Shown: positions 10,572-21,482, numbered from the stretch's first letter. The stretch: 64,000 nucleotides of DNA from Candidatus Marinacidobacterales bacterium (GCA_965219415.1 CBDCNP010000002.1:5600001-5664000); one strand, 5' to 3'. Numbers and translations: made by a program. Notes: a model not told the origin generated them from the sequence alone.

Positions 10572-11558
10572 TCAAGCAGCGCGTCGAGTGTAGTGATGAT
10601 GGAGACCACCGACCTTTGGAATGGCACTGACCTTGCCCATCGCCGGTGACTCTACCCGGCGAGGCTCGGGCGCGTCCTTCTCAAGCGACAAATGAGTCCG
10701 GCACGAATGATAGTAGTCGACGTATTTGCGTAGGATTCGCCTCAGGTGCCGCTCGTCGAGGACGATCACGTGGTCGAGACACTCACGTCGAATGGAGCCG
10801 ATCATCCTTTCGACCAATGGATTCTGCCACGGGGAGCGCGGTATGGAAAAGCATCGGCCATTGGCTGTGCCGTCCACTCGGCAGAAGGATGTTCGGTGAC
10901 ATTGAAATGAACGATACGGCGACGGTCGTGGCGAAGGACGATGAAGACGAACAGAACTCTGAAGGTTGCGGTCGGCAAAGTGAAAAAGTCAAGCGACACC
11001 AAGTCCTTTGCATGATTATCGAGAAAGCTCCGCCAAGTATGGGACGGTGGGGTGCGATGGCGAACCATATACTTGGAGACGGCGGCCTGGGAAATGGAGA
11101 TGCCTAGCTTCGCCAGCTCGCCATGCACGCGGGAAGCTCCCCAGAGAGGGTTGGCCCTGCTCATGTTCCGTATCAGTTCACGTATTTCGGGAGCGACGCC
11201 TGGTCGTCCTGGCCTACGCCTTCGGCTCTTCCAAGTCCAATATCGTCTGAACCCACAACGGTGCCAGCGGATGACCGTCTCAGGTTTCACGATGACGAGG
11301 ACGCTCTCCCAGTCAGTCCAGATTCTGCGCAACAGCACCCAAAACACGCGGTCGACTTTCGAGAGCCGCGGCCGTTTCACGGAACGGCGGAGGACGGCGA
11401 GCTGCTGCCGAAGAGCGACATTCTCAAGAGCCAGCTCGCGACGAACCTTGAAGGCGGAGATGAGAGCGGGAACCAACGACGAAATCATGCCGGCATGGTG
11501 CTGGCAGACCGGAGATTATTCAAGTTTGGTGCGCGCGGATAAATAAATAGAAGGCACA
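10572..11558 (-). mobile_element. rve-integrase-type IS (type E) with internally deleted/frameshifted transposase
   Basis: ORFs 10802-11488 and 10572-10877; DFFT and PRSPWQN..ERMIGSIRRECLDH motifs; left terminus at 11558. Confidence 0.88.
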
Positions 11559-11559
11559 A

Positions 11560-11900
11560 GTGCCAGCAGCGCGGACCGATGTCAAGCGGTGGCCTGCGGG
11601 GAAAACCCGGCTGCTAGAAGTTGTAGGTCAGGCCCAGATCGACGAAACTGTCGCTTCGCATCTCATAGTGGAGGTCCGCTTCGTCCACACTGAGAAGCGC
11701 GATTGCCTCATGAAACACCTGAACAAAAACATGAACGGCGACGATCCGGTCTTCGATCGCCTGCCCGAGGATGCGGACCTCGCGGCGCAGTATCTGTTGC
11801 TCTACGAGCTCTCGCTTCCGTTCGGCAGCGACATCAACGACCGCATCGACATCGGCAAGTCCGCCAAGCGCATGGTCGTCGCGACCGATAATTCATGGTC
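11560..11900. repeat. 341-bp inverted repeat, partner of 14700-15040
   Basis: Near-identical reverse complement with a few SNPs; chimera of a barrel-paralog 3' end and an MMPL-paralog interior. Confidence 0.9.
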
Positions 11901-12502
11901 TCAAGAGCTGCGCGAGCTTGACGAGCGCGCACGGTCTGGCCCCGGGCGAATGCGCCTGATTTTGCGAACGAAGCATCGGGCGTCAGCGTCATCTTCGCTC
12001 ACATGTCGCAGCGCAATATCGACAGCATGCTGGGCGGCACGATATCCGCCATGGTTCTCATTTCGTTCATACTGATTTTTGTTTTCAGGAGCGTTGGGAT
12101 CGGTCTCCTCAGCCTCTTGCCGCATTTCATCCCCGCAATCATGAGCTTCGGTCTGTGGGGCTACCTCGTAGGCCACGTGGGCATTGTGTCCTCGGTGGTC
12201 GTCGCCGTTGTCTTCGGGATTGTCGTGGATGATACCATTCATTTTCTGAGCAAATATCTGAAAGTCCGGCGCGAAGGCCTTCCCGCACCGGAAGCCGTGC
12301 GCGCCGCCTTTCGCACCGTGGGCCATGCGTTGTTGACGACGACCGCGGTCCTGTCGGCCGGCTTTCTGGTGTTCGCCACATGAGATTCGAGGTGAGCTGG
12401 GCGCTCGGCGTCCTGGTGACGATGACGATCATCCTGGCGCTCGCCGCCGATTTCCTGCTTCTGCCGACGCTGCTGATTACCATAGACCAGGGAGATTCAT
12501 GA
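11710..12502 (+). pseudogene. MMPL/RND transporter paralog, 3' fragment with frameshifts
   Basis: Paralogous to the C-terminal half of 16337-18640 (GIVVDDTIHFL); 5' part missing. Confidence 0.85.
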
Positions 12503-13326
12503 TGCCTGCATGCCTTCCCGCACGACTGCTGTTCCTGTTATGCGCGCTGTCGCTGGCCATTGTGACGGGGCTGGGCGCACCGGTGCCCACTCACGCGGCA
12601 AACGACACGCCCGAGGAAGCCGGGCTGAAGATCGCGCAGGATGCCCGGGCGCGCGAGGAAGGGTTCGTCAACTTTACGGTCCAGCAGGTCATGGTGCTGC
12701 GCAACAAGCAGGGGCAGGAGAGCCGACGTCAGCTCCGGGTCCAGGTTCTCGAGGTGTCCGACGACGGGGACAAGAGCCTGTTCGTGTTCGATGAGCCACG
12801 CGACGTCCAAGGAACGGCGTTCCTCATTCACGCCCACCGGGAGGACGCTGACGATCAATGGCTCTATCTCCCCGCGCTGAAACGCGTCAAGCGCATCAGC
12901 TCGGCGAACCGGTCCGGCTCCTTCATGGGCAGCGAGTTTGCGTATGAGGACATGACCGCCCAGGAAGTGGAGAAATTCACCTACCGGTACCTGCGCGACG
13001 AGCCGTGCGGCGATTCAACATGCACGGTCACTGAGCGCTTCCCCGTGGACAAGAAGTCGAGCTATCGCCGTCAGCTGGTCTGGCGCGACCAGGACGAGCG
13101 TCGCATCCGGAAAGTTGAGTACTACGACCGCAAGGACGCCCATCTGAAAACGCTCACCCTGGACAACTACGCGCAGTACCTGGATCGTTACTGGCGGGCC
13201 AGCAAGATGACGATGGTGAATCATTTGACCGGGAAAAGCACGGTGCTGACCCAGACCGATTTTCAGTTCCAAACAGACCTGGACGACAGCGATTTCACAC
13301 AAACGGGGCTGAGACGGGCGCGGTGA
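12499..13326 (+). CDS. Outer-membrane lipoprotein-sorting (LolA-like) protein
   Basis: Signal peptide; DDQWLYLPALKRVKRISS...SFMGSEFAYED signature. Confidence 0.88.
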   Translation: MMPACLPARLLFLLCALSLAIVTGLGAPVPTHAANDTPEEAGLKIAQDARAREEGFVNFTVQQVMVLRNKQGQESRRQLRVQVLEVSDDGDKSLFVFDEPRDVQGTAFLIHAHREDADDQWLYLPALKRVKRISSANRSGSFMGSEFAYEDMTAQEVEKFTYRYLRDEPCGDSTCTVTERFPVDKKSSYRRQLVWRDQDERRIRKVEYYDRKDAHLKTLTLDNYAQYLDRYWRASKMTMVNHLTGKSTVLTQTDFQFQTDLDDSDFTQTGLRRAR

Positions 13327-14627
13327 TGCGACCCCGTGCCGCTCTTTGCCACGGACTCCTGGGCGCTGTCTGGTTCGTGGCCACCATTTTTGCCACCGAC
13401 GCACATGCCGGAACCGAGGAGACCGAGGAGACCGAGGAGACCGAGGAGACTGTCGAATACGAGTTTTCCGGACGCCTGAGCGCCGAAAGTCGGTGGTTTC
13501 CCGAAGCGGGCGCCTTTTCCGGCCAGCGCTCGCTTGCCAGCGGCTTCGTTGCGGCACCGCGATTCTATCTGGAAGACGCCGACGGCAGAAACCTCACGCT
13601 GGCGCCGTTCTTTCGCTACGATCATTCGGACCCGCGCCGCACCCACTTCGATCTGCACGAAGCCTATCTTCTGCTGTTCGGCGAAATCGGCGATAGCGGA
13701 TGGGAGTTGCGTCTGGGCGTCGACCAGGTGTTCTGGGGAGTCACCGAATCGCAGCACCTGGTCGATATCGTCAACCAGGTCGACTTCGTCGAGCATCCGA
13801 ACGGAGAGGCCAAACTGGGGCAACCCATGGTGCACGTCACCTGGTTTGGCGACTGGGGCGTATTTGAAATATTCGGTCTGCCCTATCACCGCGCGCGCAC
13901 GTTTCAAGGTCGCAGAGGCCGCCTGCGCCTGCCGTTCGTCGTGGACCACGAGCGTATCGAGTACGAGAGCGCGGCCGGGGAGTGGCACCTGGATCTCGCC
14001 TCCCGATACAGCCGCAGCTTCGGACCACTCGATCTTGGCGTGAGCGTATTCGACGGCACCAGCCGGGAGCCGTTTCTGCTGCCGGGCAGCGACCCGGACG
14101 GCGGGCCGGCTCTGATTCAGTACTACGCGCAGATCCGCCAATTCGGGCTGGACGCCCAGATGACCATCGGCTCCTGGCTGTTCAAGCTCGAGGCCATTCA
14201 GCGGGCCGGCGCTCGAAGCCTGTCCGGCCGGGAAGAGGACTACTTTGCCACCGTTTTCGGTGGAGAGTACACGTTCTATTCCGTGGCCGGATCCGCCGTC
14301 GATCTCAGCGTCGTCAGCGAATGGAATTACGATGGGCGGGGCCGAAATGCGACGCCAAGCCGTTCGCCCAATACCCTCGAGAATGATCTCTTCCTCGCCA
14401 CGCGCCTTGTGTTCAACGACGTCCAGAGCACCGAAGTCGTTGCCGGCGTTCTGGCGGACGCGGGCCGCGCCACTCGCTCACTGGCTGTCGAATTCAACCG
14501 GCGCATCACCGACCAGTGGTTACTGCACATGGAGATGATCGCCCTTCTCAGTGTCGATGAAGCGGATCTCCACTATGAGATGCGACGCGACAGCTTCCTC
14601 GATCTGAGCCTGACTTATAGTTTCTAA
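13323..14627 (+). CDS. Putative outer-membrane beta-barrel associated with MMPL/LolA-like genes
   Basis: Signal peptide; VFWGVTES..LVDIVNQ motif; amphipathic strands; C-terminal LTYSF. Confidence 0.75.
   Translation: MMRPRAALCHGLLGAVWFVATIFATDAHAGTEETEETEETEETVEYEFSGRLSAESRWFPEAGAFSGQRSLASGFVAAPRFYLEDADGRNLTLAPFFRYDHSDPRRTHFDLHEAYLLLFGEIGDSGWELRLGVDQVFWGVTESQHLVDIVNQVDFVEHPNGEAKLGQPMVHVTWFGDWGVFEIFGLPYHRARTFQGRRGRLRLPFVVDHERIEYESAAGEWHLDLASRYSRSFGPLDLGVSVFDGTSREPFLLPGSDPDGGPALIQYYAQIRQFGLDAQMTIGSWLFKLEAIQRAGARSLSGREEDYFATVFGGEYTFYSVAGSAVDLSVVSEWNYDGRGRNATPSRSPNTLENDLFLATRLVFNDVQSTEVVAGVLADAGRATRSLAVEFNRRITDQWLLHMEMIALLSVDEADLHYEMRRDSFLDLSLTYSF
13413..13448 (+). repeat. (ACCGAGGAG)x4 in-frame tandem repeat encoding (TEE)4
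   Basis: Read directly; lies just after the signal peptide. Confidence 0.9.
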
Positions 14628-14699
14628 GAGTTCCTCAACGACCGCATTTGACGTCGCCAAATCCGCTACGCGCATGACCATCACGGTCCTCGGCGTCTC

Positions 14700-15040
14700 G
14701 ACCATGAATTATCGGTCGCGACGACCATGCGCTTGGCGGACTTGCCGATGTCGATGCGGTCGTTGATGTCGCTGCCGAACGGAAGCGAGAGCTCGTAGAG
14801 CAACAGATACTGCGCCACGAGGTCCGCATCCTCGGGCAGGCGATCGAAGACCGGATCGTCGCCGTTCATGTTTTTGTTCAGGCGTTTCATGAGGCAATCG
14901 CGCTTCTCAGTGTGGACGAAGCGGACCTCCACTATGAGATGCGAAGCGACAGTTTCGTCGATCTGGGCCTGACCTACAACTTCTAGCAGCCGGGGTTTCC
15001 CCGCAGGTCACGGCTTGACATCGGTCCGCGCTGCTGGCAC
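14700..15040. repeat. 341-bp inverted repeat, partner of 11560-11900
   Basis: Reverse complement of 11560-11900. Confidence 0.9.
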
Positions 15041-15043
15041 CAT
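15015..15043 (+). promoter_or_regulatory. Putative sigma70 promoter of the oxygenase-MMPL operon
   Basis: TTGACA-17 bp-CACCAT with TGn; the first 15 bp (TTGACATCGGTCCGC) are identical to the ispH promoter. Confidence 0.6.
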
Positions 15044-15156
15044 TCATCTGTGGCTTATTGTAGGAAGGTGAGACCAGAGAGATCAGCTCTCGAAAAAGAG
15101 GGCCTTCCATAAATCCCGTTGTTCCTTCGCCAACTGCCGAAAACTTGACTGGGACA

Positions 15157-16305
15157 ATGTCTTACGCATACCTCGAGGGGTACGAGAAGGCCCGTCTCTA
15201 CGATCAGGCCGCGGCCGACAACTATCTCAAGCACACCACCATCGGTGATCCCGAGCTCGACCCGATCATGGAGGAGCTCTCAGCGGAGTTGTCTCCAAGC
15301 GACCTGCACCGGTTCATCGGGGCCGGCATAGAGCAGAACGAGGAGGTTCTGCGCCTCGCGCCGCGTTCTCTGCGCGATTTCTTCAAGAATTTCAAGGAGC
15401 CTCCCTGGCTCTACTACGAAGGTTTTCGTTCCGGGATTCGCGCTTTTCATGAAAACGTAGACCTGATGCTCACCGCCTTCGTCACGGGAGTGCTGGTAGA
15501 AGGCTTTTCGACGCTCATCGCCAAGTCTTTCAATATTACCGGGCGAGTGGCGTCCACCAGGAGACGCCTCCAGCAGAACAACCGCCACATGCTGGAGATC
15601 TTCTTTCCCGGCAACTTGCAGAGAAACGGCGAGGGATGGAAGCTGTCCACGCGCATTCGGTTCGTTCATACTCGGATACGGGGCCTGCTGGCGAAGTCAG
15701 ATGACTGGAATCACGAAGCCTGGGGCACGCCGGTAAGCGCGGCGCACCTGGGTTTCGCCATCTCCGTCTTTTCCAAGCGCCTGCTGGAGTACTCGACGAT
15801 GCTGGGCGCGAAGTTCAGCCAGGAAGAACAGGAGAGCGTTCTCGCCGTCTGGCGCTACGCCGGCTACCTCATGGGGATACCGGAAACCATCCTCTATAAG
15901 AACGGCGAGGAGGCGGAAAAAATATACGAGATCGGTTACCTGTGCGAGCCGAAGCCGGACGCCGATTCGGTAGCCGTGGCCAATTTGTTGATCCAGTCCA
16001 TTCCAAAGGTTGCGGACGTCAAGGACCCGGCTGAGCAAAAGCAACTGGTGAAACTGGCCTACCGTCTGTCACGCGCCCTCATTGGAAAGGAGCTCGCGGA
16101 CAGTTTCGAGTTTCCACCGGATCCCAAGTGGGCGACCCTATTCAAGTACCGGATGAAGCAGCGCGTTCTGCGATTGTTGCGAACCAACAAGATGATCAGA
16201 TCGGACAATTTCACCCAGCTTCTCCAGATATCGGTGTACGACAGCGAGGGGCTGAGCTACAAGATGCCGGACCACGTCTACACGTCGAAATCGAACCCGT
16301 GGTAA
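15157..16305 (+). CDS. Oxygenase MpaB/DUF2236 (Lcp rubber-oxygenase-like) family protein
   Basis: GDPELD, RIRFVHTRIR, WGTPVS and WRYAGYLMGIPE motifs. Confidence 0.82.
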   Translation: MSYAYLEGYEKARLYDQAAADNYLKHTTIGDPELDPIMEELSAELSPSDLHRFIGAGIEQNEEVLRLAPRSLRDFFKNFKEPPWLYYEGFRSGIRAFHENVDLMLTAFVTGVLVEGFSTLIAKSFNITGRVASTRRRLQQNNRHMLEIFFPGNLQRNGEGWKLSTRIRFVHTRIRGLLAKSDDWNHEAWGTPVSAAHLGFAISVFSKRLLEYSTMLGAKFSQEEQESVLAVWRYAGYLMGIPETILYKNGEEAEKIYEIGYLCEPKPDADSVAVANLLIQSIPKVADVKDPAEQKQLVKLAYRLSRALIGKELADSFEFPPDPKWATLFKYRMKQRVLRLLRTNKMIRSDNFTQLLQISVYDSEGLSYKMPDHVYTSKSNPW

Positions 16306-16336
16306 CAATCGAGTAGCTCGTCGCTCCCGGTTCGAG

Positions 16337-18640
16337 ATGGTCGAGACGCTGACTCCTTCGCTGCTGGGCCGCTACGTCGCCGCCACTGTGCGCTACCGAT
16401 GGCTGGTCGTTGCGCTCGCTGCCTTGTTCATGCTGGCCGTGACGGCCGGCGCCCGCTTCATCGTCGTTACGAACGACTACTTCATCCTGTTCAAGGACGA
16501 CAATCCGCAACTCCTCGCGTTCAAGGCCCTGGAGAATACGTACTCCGCCACCGACCGCGCGTTGATTGCCGTTGCGCCTCGAGAGGGATCGGTGTTCACC
16601 CGCGAGGCACTCGGCGCCGTTGTGGAATTGACCGACGCCGCGTGGGAGACGCCCTATTCCAGTCGGGTCGACTCCCTCACCAACTATTCCCATAGCGAGG
16701 CGCTCGGCGAGGACGATCTGGTCGTCGCCCCACTCGTCGAGGACGCGAGTTCGCTGAGCGACGCCGATCTGACCCGCGTTGAAACGATCGCTCTGGACGC
16801 AATCGAGATCGTCGGGCGTCTAGTCTCCCGTGACGGGCGTGCGGCCGGGGTGGCGATCAATTTCGTTCTTCCCGAGAACCACGACCAGGCGGTGATCGAG
16901 ATCACCGAGTATCTCGACCTGCTCCTCGACCAGGCCCGCGCGCGCCATCCCGGCATCGACTATTACATGACCGGTGACATCGCCCTGAACCACGCGTTCG
17001 CCGAAGCCACCGCGGATGATCTCCAGACGCTGACGCCAATCGTATTTCTCATCATCGTGGCCGTCACGGCCCTGTTTCTGCGCTCGATTCTCGGCACAGC
17101 GGCCATCGTCGCCGTGCTCATGTTTGCCGTCAACACTACCATGGGGTTCGCGGGCTGGATGGGCGTGGTGTTCAGCCCCACCAGTTCCGGCGTGCCGATC
17201 ATCGTCACGGTGGTAGCCGTCGCGGATTCGATCCATGTCGTCACCACCGTCCTGCTGGGCATGAGGCGCGGACTGGACAGGAATGCGGCGATCGTCGAGT
17301 CGTTTCACATCAATGCCTATCCGATATTTCTCACATCGGTGACAACCGCGATTGGCTTCCTCAGCCTGAACACCGCCGAATCGCCGCCTTTCCACGACCT
17401 GGGAAATTACGTGGCGTTCGGTGTGCTGTGCGCCTTCGTATACACCATGACGCTCCTGCCGGCGTTGCTTGCGCTCCTGCCGCTGCGCGCACGCCGCTAT
17501 CAGCCCGGCCAGGCCGCCTACTTCGACCGCTTTGCCGACTTCGTCGTCGCGCGGCGCACTGTCCTGCTCTGGTCCGTCGCGGCGGCGGTGGTTGTTCTGG
17601 CGACCGGAGTGCCGCGCATCGAGTTGAGCGACAACCTGACACAGTACTTCGATGAACGTTACGAGTTCCGGCGTGATTCGGATTACGTCGCCGAGAACCT
17701 GACGAGCCTGGACAGGCTGGAATATTCGCTGGACGCCGGGCGCGAAGGCGGCATTACCGATCCCGGGTATCTGCGCACGGTCGATGCGCTGGCCGAATGG
17801 TTCCGGGAGCAGCCCGAAGTAACCTACGTCCAGTCTTTTCCGGACATCATGAAGCGTCTCAACAAGAACATGCACGGCGACGATCCGGCCTTCCATCGCC
17901 TGCCTGGAGACGGGGACCTCGCGGCGCAGTATCTGTTGCTCTACGAGCTTTCGCTCCCGTTCGGCGCCGATCTCAACGACCGTATCGACGTCGCCAAGTC
18001 CGCGACGCGCCTGGTCGTCTCGACCAGCAGCTCATGGTCCAGGGAGCTGCGTGAGCTCGATGAGCGCGCGCAGGTCTGGATCCGTGCCAATGCGCCCGGT
18101 TTTTCGGCCGGGGCATCGGGCCTCAGCATCATGTCCGCTCACGTCTCGCAGCGAAGCATCGACAGCATGCTGGGCGGCACGATCTCTGCCATGGTTCTTA
18201 TTTCGTTCATCCTGATTTTCATTTTCCGGAGCATTCGGATCGGCCTGCTCAGTCTTGTGCCGAATTTCATCCCGGCCATCATGAGCTTTGGCCTGTGGGG
18301 CTATCTCGTGGGTCACGTGGGTATTGCCTCTTCGGTGGTCGTCGCCATCGTCTTCGGAATTATCGTGGACGACACGATTCATTTCTTGAGCAAGTATCTG
18401 AAGGCCAGGCGCGAGGGCCTCTCGGCGGCCGAGGCCGTGCGTTCCGCTTTTCACACCGTCGGCCAGGCGTTGCTTACGACGACCGTGGTCCTGTCAGCAG
18501 GCTTCATGGCGTTTGCCACATCCGGATTCGAGGTCAGCTGGTCGCTCGGGCTCCTGGTGACGATGACGATCCTCCTTGCGCTTGCCGCGGATTTCCTGCT
18601 CCTTCCGACGCTGCTGATTGCCGTCGACCGGAAAGAGTGA
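16337..18640 (+). CDS. MMPL/RND-family lipid transporter (full length)
   Basis: Two-repeat multi-TM topology; ADSIH and DDTIH proton-relay motifs. Confidence 0.9.
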   Translation: MVETLTPSLLGRYVAATVRYRWLVVALAALFMLAVTAGARFIVVTNDYFILFKDDNPQLLAFKALENTYSATDRALIAVAPREGSVFTREALGAVVELTDAAWETPYSSRVDSLTNYSHSEALGEDDLVVAPLVEDASSLSDADLTRVETIALDAIEIVGRLVSRDGRAAGVAINFVLPENHDQAVIEITEYLDLLLDQARARHPGIDYYMTGDIALNHAFAEATADDLQTLTPIVFLIIVAVTALFLRSILGTAAIVAVLMFAVNTTMGFAGWMGVVFSPTSSGVPIIVTVVAVADSIHVVTTVLLGMRRGLDRNAAIVESFHINAYPIFLTSVTTAIGFLSLNTAESPPFHDLGNYVAFGVLCAFVYTMTLLPALLALLPLRARRYQPGQAAYFDRFADFVVARRTVLLWSVAAAVVVLATGVPRIELSDNLTQYFDERYEFRRDSDYVAENLTSLDRLEYSLDAGREGGITDPGYLRTVDALAEWFREQPEVTYVQSFPDIMKRLNKNMHGDDPAFHRLPGDGDLAAQYLLLYELSLPFGADLNDRIDVAKSATRLVVSTSSSWSRELRELDERAQVWIRANAPGFSAGASGLSIMSAHVSQRSIDSMLGGTISAMVLISFILIFIFRSIRIGLLSLVPNFIPAIMSFGLWGYLVGHVGIASSVVVAIVFGIIVDDTIHFLSKYLKARREGLSAAEAVRSAFHTVGQALLTTTVVLSAGFMAFATSGFEVSWSLGLLVTMTILLALAADFLLLPTLLIAVDRKE

Positions 18641-18727
18641 GTGATGCTCCCCTCTTGAGCGCCGTCGCTGACCATCGTAGCGGGCCTGACAGCCCGACGG
18701 GCAGGTGAGAGATGCGACTCCGTGCCG

Positions 18728-19554
18728 TTATTGGGGCGCGGCGGCGCGGTCCAGGGCAGGCGGCAGACTGAAGCGGACGTTCTCGACGATGCCGTCCATC
18801 GTGGAGATTTCCAGGTCGGCGTACTCGCGCAGCTTCTCGATCAGGTCGTGCACCAGTTCCTCGGGGGTCGAGGCGCCGGCGGTAATGCCGATGCTCTTCT
18901 TCCCCCGCAACCATGCGGGACCGAGCTTCGACGGGTCCTCGACCAGGTAGCTCGGCACGCCGCTGTCGTTGCTGACTTCGCACAAGCGGTTGGAGTTGGA
19001 GCTGTTCTGGGCGCCGACCACCAGCACCAGGTCCACGATGGAGGCCAGCGTGCGCACGGCAGCCTGACGGTTCTGGGTCGCGTAGCAGATGTCCTTGACG
19101 TCCGGACCGACGATTTTCGGGAATCGCCGCCGCAGGGCCGAGATCACGTCCAGGGTATCGTCGACCGACAGGGTCGTCTGGGTGATGTAGGCGACCTTGT
19201 CGGGGTCGCGTACCTGCAGCGCTTCCACCCCGTCCACATCGCTCACTAGAAAAACCGGCCCCGGAATCTGGCCGACGGTGCCTTCCACCTCGGGGTGGTT
19301 CTCGTGGCCGATCAGGATGATGTCGTAGCCGTTGGCCGCGTAGCGCCGGCCCTCTATGTGCACCTTGGAGACCAGCGGGCAGGTGGCATCCAGCGGACGC
19401 AGGCCGCGCACCGACGCGTCCTGCTCGACCTTCTCCGACACGCCGTGGGCGCTGAACACCGTGATGGCCCCATTGGGAATCTGATCGATCTGTTCGACGA
19501 AGCGTACGCCTTTCGCCTTCAGGTTTTCCACGACCCGAAGATTATGGACGATTT
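18728..19554 (-). pseudogene. ispH: ispH copy lacking its 5' end (cut by MITE)
   Basis: Matches 44659-45485; truncated exactly at the TIR at 19555, so the first Fe-S Cys (GFCAG) is lost. Confidence 0.9.
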
Positions 19555-19772
19555 GGTGCTTCCGCCATCAAGTGTTGTGGGCCAGCTCTAACCCGTGTGC
19601 GTGGTAGAGTTTGAGCTTAATTTCGAGAGACGCAGTTCTTTCGGCGATGCGGGCTGGGCTGACCACACGGTGCCTGACGTTCAGAAACCCCTTCGTGTGC
19701 ACGCCGACACAGGCAGGCCAGCTGACACTAGCATTCAAACACGGCGTAGCAACACTTGATGGCGGAAGCACC
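19555..19772. mobile_element. 218-bp MITE with IS1-family TIRs
   Basis: Perfect 23-bp inverted repeat GGTGCTTCCGCCATCAAGTGTTG at both ends; non-coding interior; degenerate relative near 24000-24213. Confidence 0.9.
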
Positions 19773-19941
19773 CACGCTGGACCCAACCAGTGATGCCGAC
19801 CACCAACCATGTCAAGGGCTGCATCGGCGTGCTCATGACCGAGGATTCTAGCTTCCATTGGCAAACCAAGCCTAGACACCTCTCATCCGATACGGCCCGG
19901 CGCGCCGGTCTTGAGTTCGTTTGTGTTTTTGGACACGACGG
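19773..19941 (-). mobile_element. Left-end stub of rve-type IS (type C)
   Basis: Homologous to 4688-4856. Confidence 0.8.
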
Positions 19942-19967
19942 CCGTCAAACTCGCTTGTCTGCTGCCG

Positions 19968-21296
19968 CTACTTCTTCGCGGGCATCAGCTCTCTGAGCGC
20001 GATGACGGTAGCGATGACGCCGCTTCGGACCGCAGGCTCGGGCGCGATCTCGAAGAGTGGCGAATGGTGTGACGGCACCGGAGGCCCGCCTGCGGCTTCT
20101 CTTTCGAAACTCTCTTTGGGGGTGCCGCCAATCCCGAAGTAGGCACTGGGGACGTAAGGCTCCATCGTCAAGAACGGAAAGTCCTCACCGCCCATCCCTT
20201 CTCGCTGATAGTCGGCGAAAACGTCATCGCCGAGCTCCGAGCGCCAACGAGCCTCCAATCTCTTGACCAGAGTGGTGTCGTTCACGGTGACGGGCACACC
20301 TCCCTTCATCTCGACGCGGGGAAGCCGCTCGTCCGGAAGTCCCGCGGCCCGGCCGATGTTCACTGCGATCCGTTCGATGCCCTCCAAGAGTTTCTGGCGG
20401 GTTTCCTGGGTGTCGGAGCGCACCGTGAGCTCGAGCACGGCTTCCTCGCCGATCACGTTACGCTTATTGCCGGCTCGGAATACACCGACAGTTACGACGC
20501 CGGGCTCTCGCGGGCTCAGCTCTCTCGAAACCAGTTGCTGGAGTGCGACGACGATCTGCGCTCCAATGAGCACGGGGTCTTTTCCGCGGTGGGGACTCGC
20601 GCCATGGGCGCCGATGCCGGACACGATGATGTCCACGCTGTCGACACCCGAGTACGCCGCACTCTCGGCGACGTGGAGCTTTCCAGCTTCGATGTCGGCA
20701 GCCACATGAAAGGCGAGGGCGTAGTCCGGCTGGCCAAAGCGCTCCCACAGCCGGTCCTGGTGCATCGCCTGAGCGCCCGAGATCTTCCACTCTTCCGCAG
20801 GCTGGCCGATGAGCATCAGCGTACCGGACCAGGAATCGAGCTCGGCGGCCATCCGTCGCGCCGTCCCCACGAGAGAGGTAATGTGCACATCGTGCCCGCA
20901 AGCATGCATCACGGGAAATTCCTGTCCGTCGTCATTGACCTGCGTGACGGTCGAGGCGTATGGAAGATCGGCGAGTTCCTTCACGGGAAGTCCGTCCATG
21001 TCGGCACGCATCATGACGAGGGGTCCGTCGCCATTCTCCATGATGGCCACCACGCCCGTTCTTCCGACACCCTCGGTAACCTCGAAACCCGCGTCGCGGA
21101 ACTCCTTGGCGAGTCGCGCCGCGGTCTTGACCTCGACGAACGACAGCTCGGGGTTCGCGTGAAAGTGCTTGAAGAGCGCGTCGAGGTGAGCATCGTAGTC
21201 CGCCTTGACCGCCGACTCGAGCTTGTCGTCGGCTCGCGATTCCACCGACAGTGTCACGAGAGTCGCAATGGCTACGCTTGTTGCTAGGAACTTCAT
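19968..21296 (-). CDS. Secreted M20-family amidohydrolase
   Basis: HANPELSF, RADMDGLP, MHACGHD, QPAEE, GEDF and HHSP motifs; signal peptide. Confidence 0.92.
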   Translation of the reverse strand: MKFLATSVAIATLVTLSVESRADDKLESAVKADYDAHLDALFKHFHANPELSFVEVKTAARLAKEFRDAGFEVTEGVGRTGVVAIMENGDGPLVMMRADMDGLPVKELADLPYASTVTQVNDDGQEFPVMHACGHDVHITSLVGTARRMAAELDSWSGTLMLIGQPAEEWKISGAQAMHQDRLWERFGQPDYALAFHVAADIEAGKLHVAESAAYSGVDSVDIIVSGIGAHGASPHRGKDPVLIGAQIVVALQQLVSRELSPREPGVVTVGVFRAGNKRNVIGEEAVLELTVRSDTQETRQKLLEGIERIAVNIGRAAGLPDERLPRVEMKGGVPVTVNDTTLVKRLEARWRSELGDDVFADYQREGMGGEDFPFLTMEPYVPSAYFGIGGTPKESFEREAAGGPPVPSHHSPLFEIAPEPAVRSGVIATVIALRELMPAKK

Positions 21297-21482
21297 CGTT
21301 TCCTCCGATAGCTATCGAGTTTCAGAATTCTATCAAGATCAGCGGCCCGGTCAGGCGGTACGTCGTGCGTTCCGATCGGACGGCGCTCTCGAATCAAGGC
21401 CGGGGTGCCGCGAAACGTAAGCAGGCTTGCACGTTCTGGCCCAGATGCACCTGGGCCTCCTCACAGACAGTACGAAGCACAG

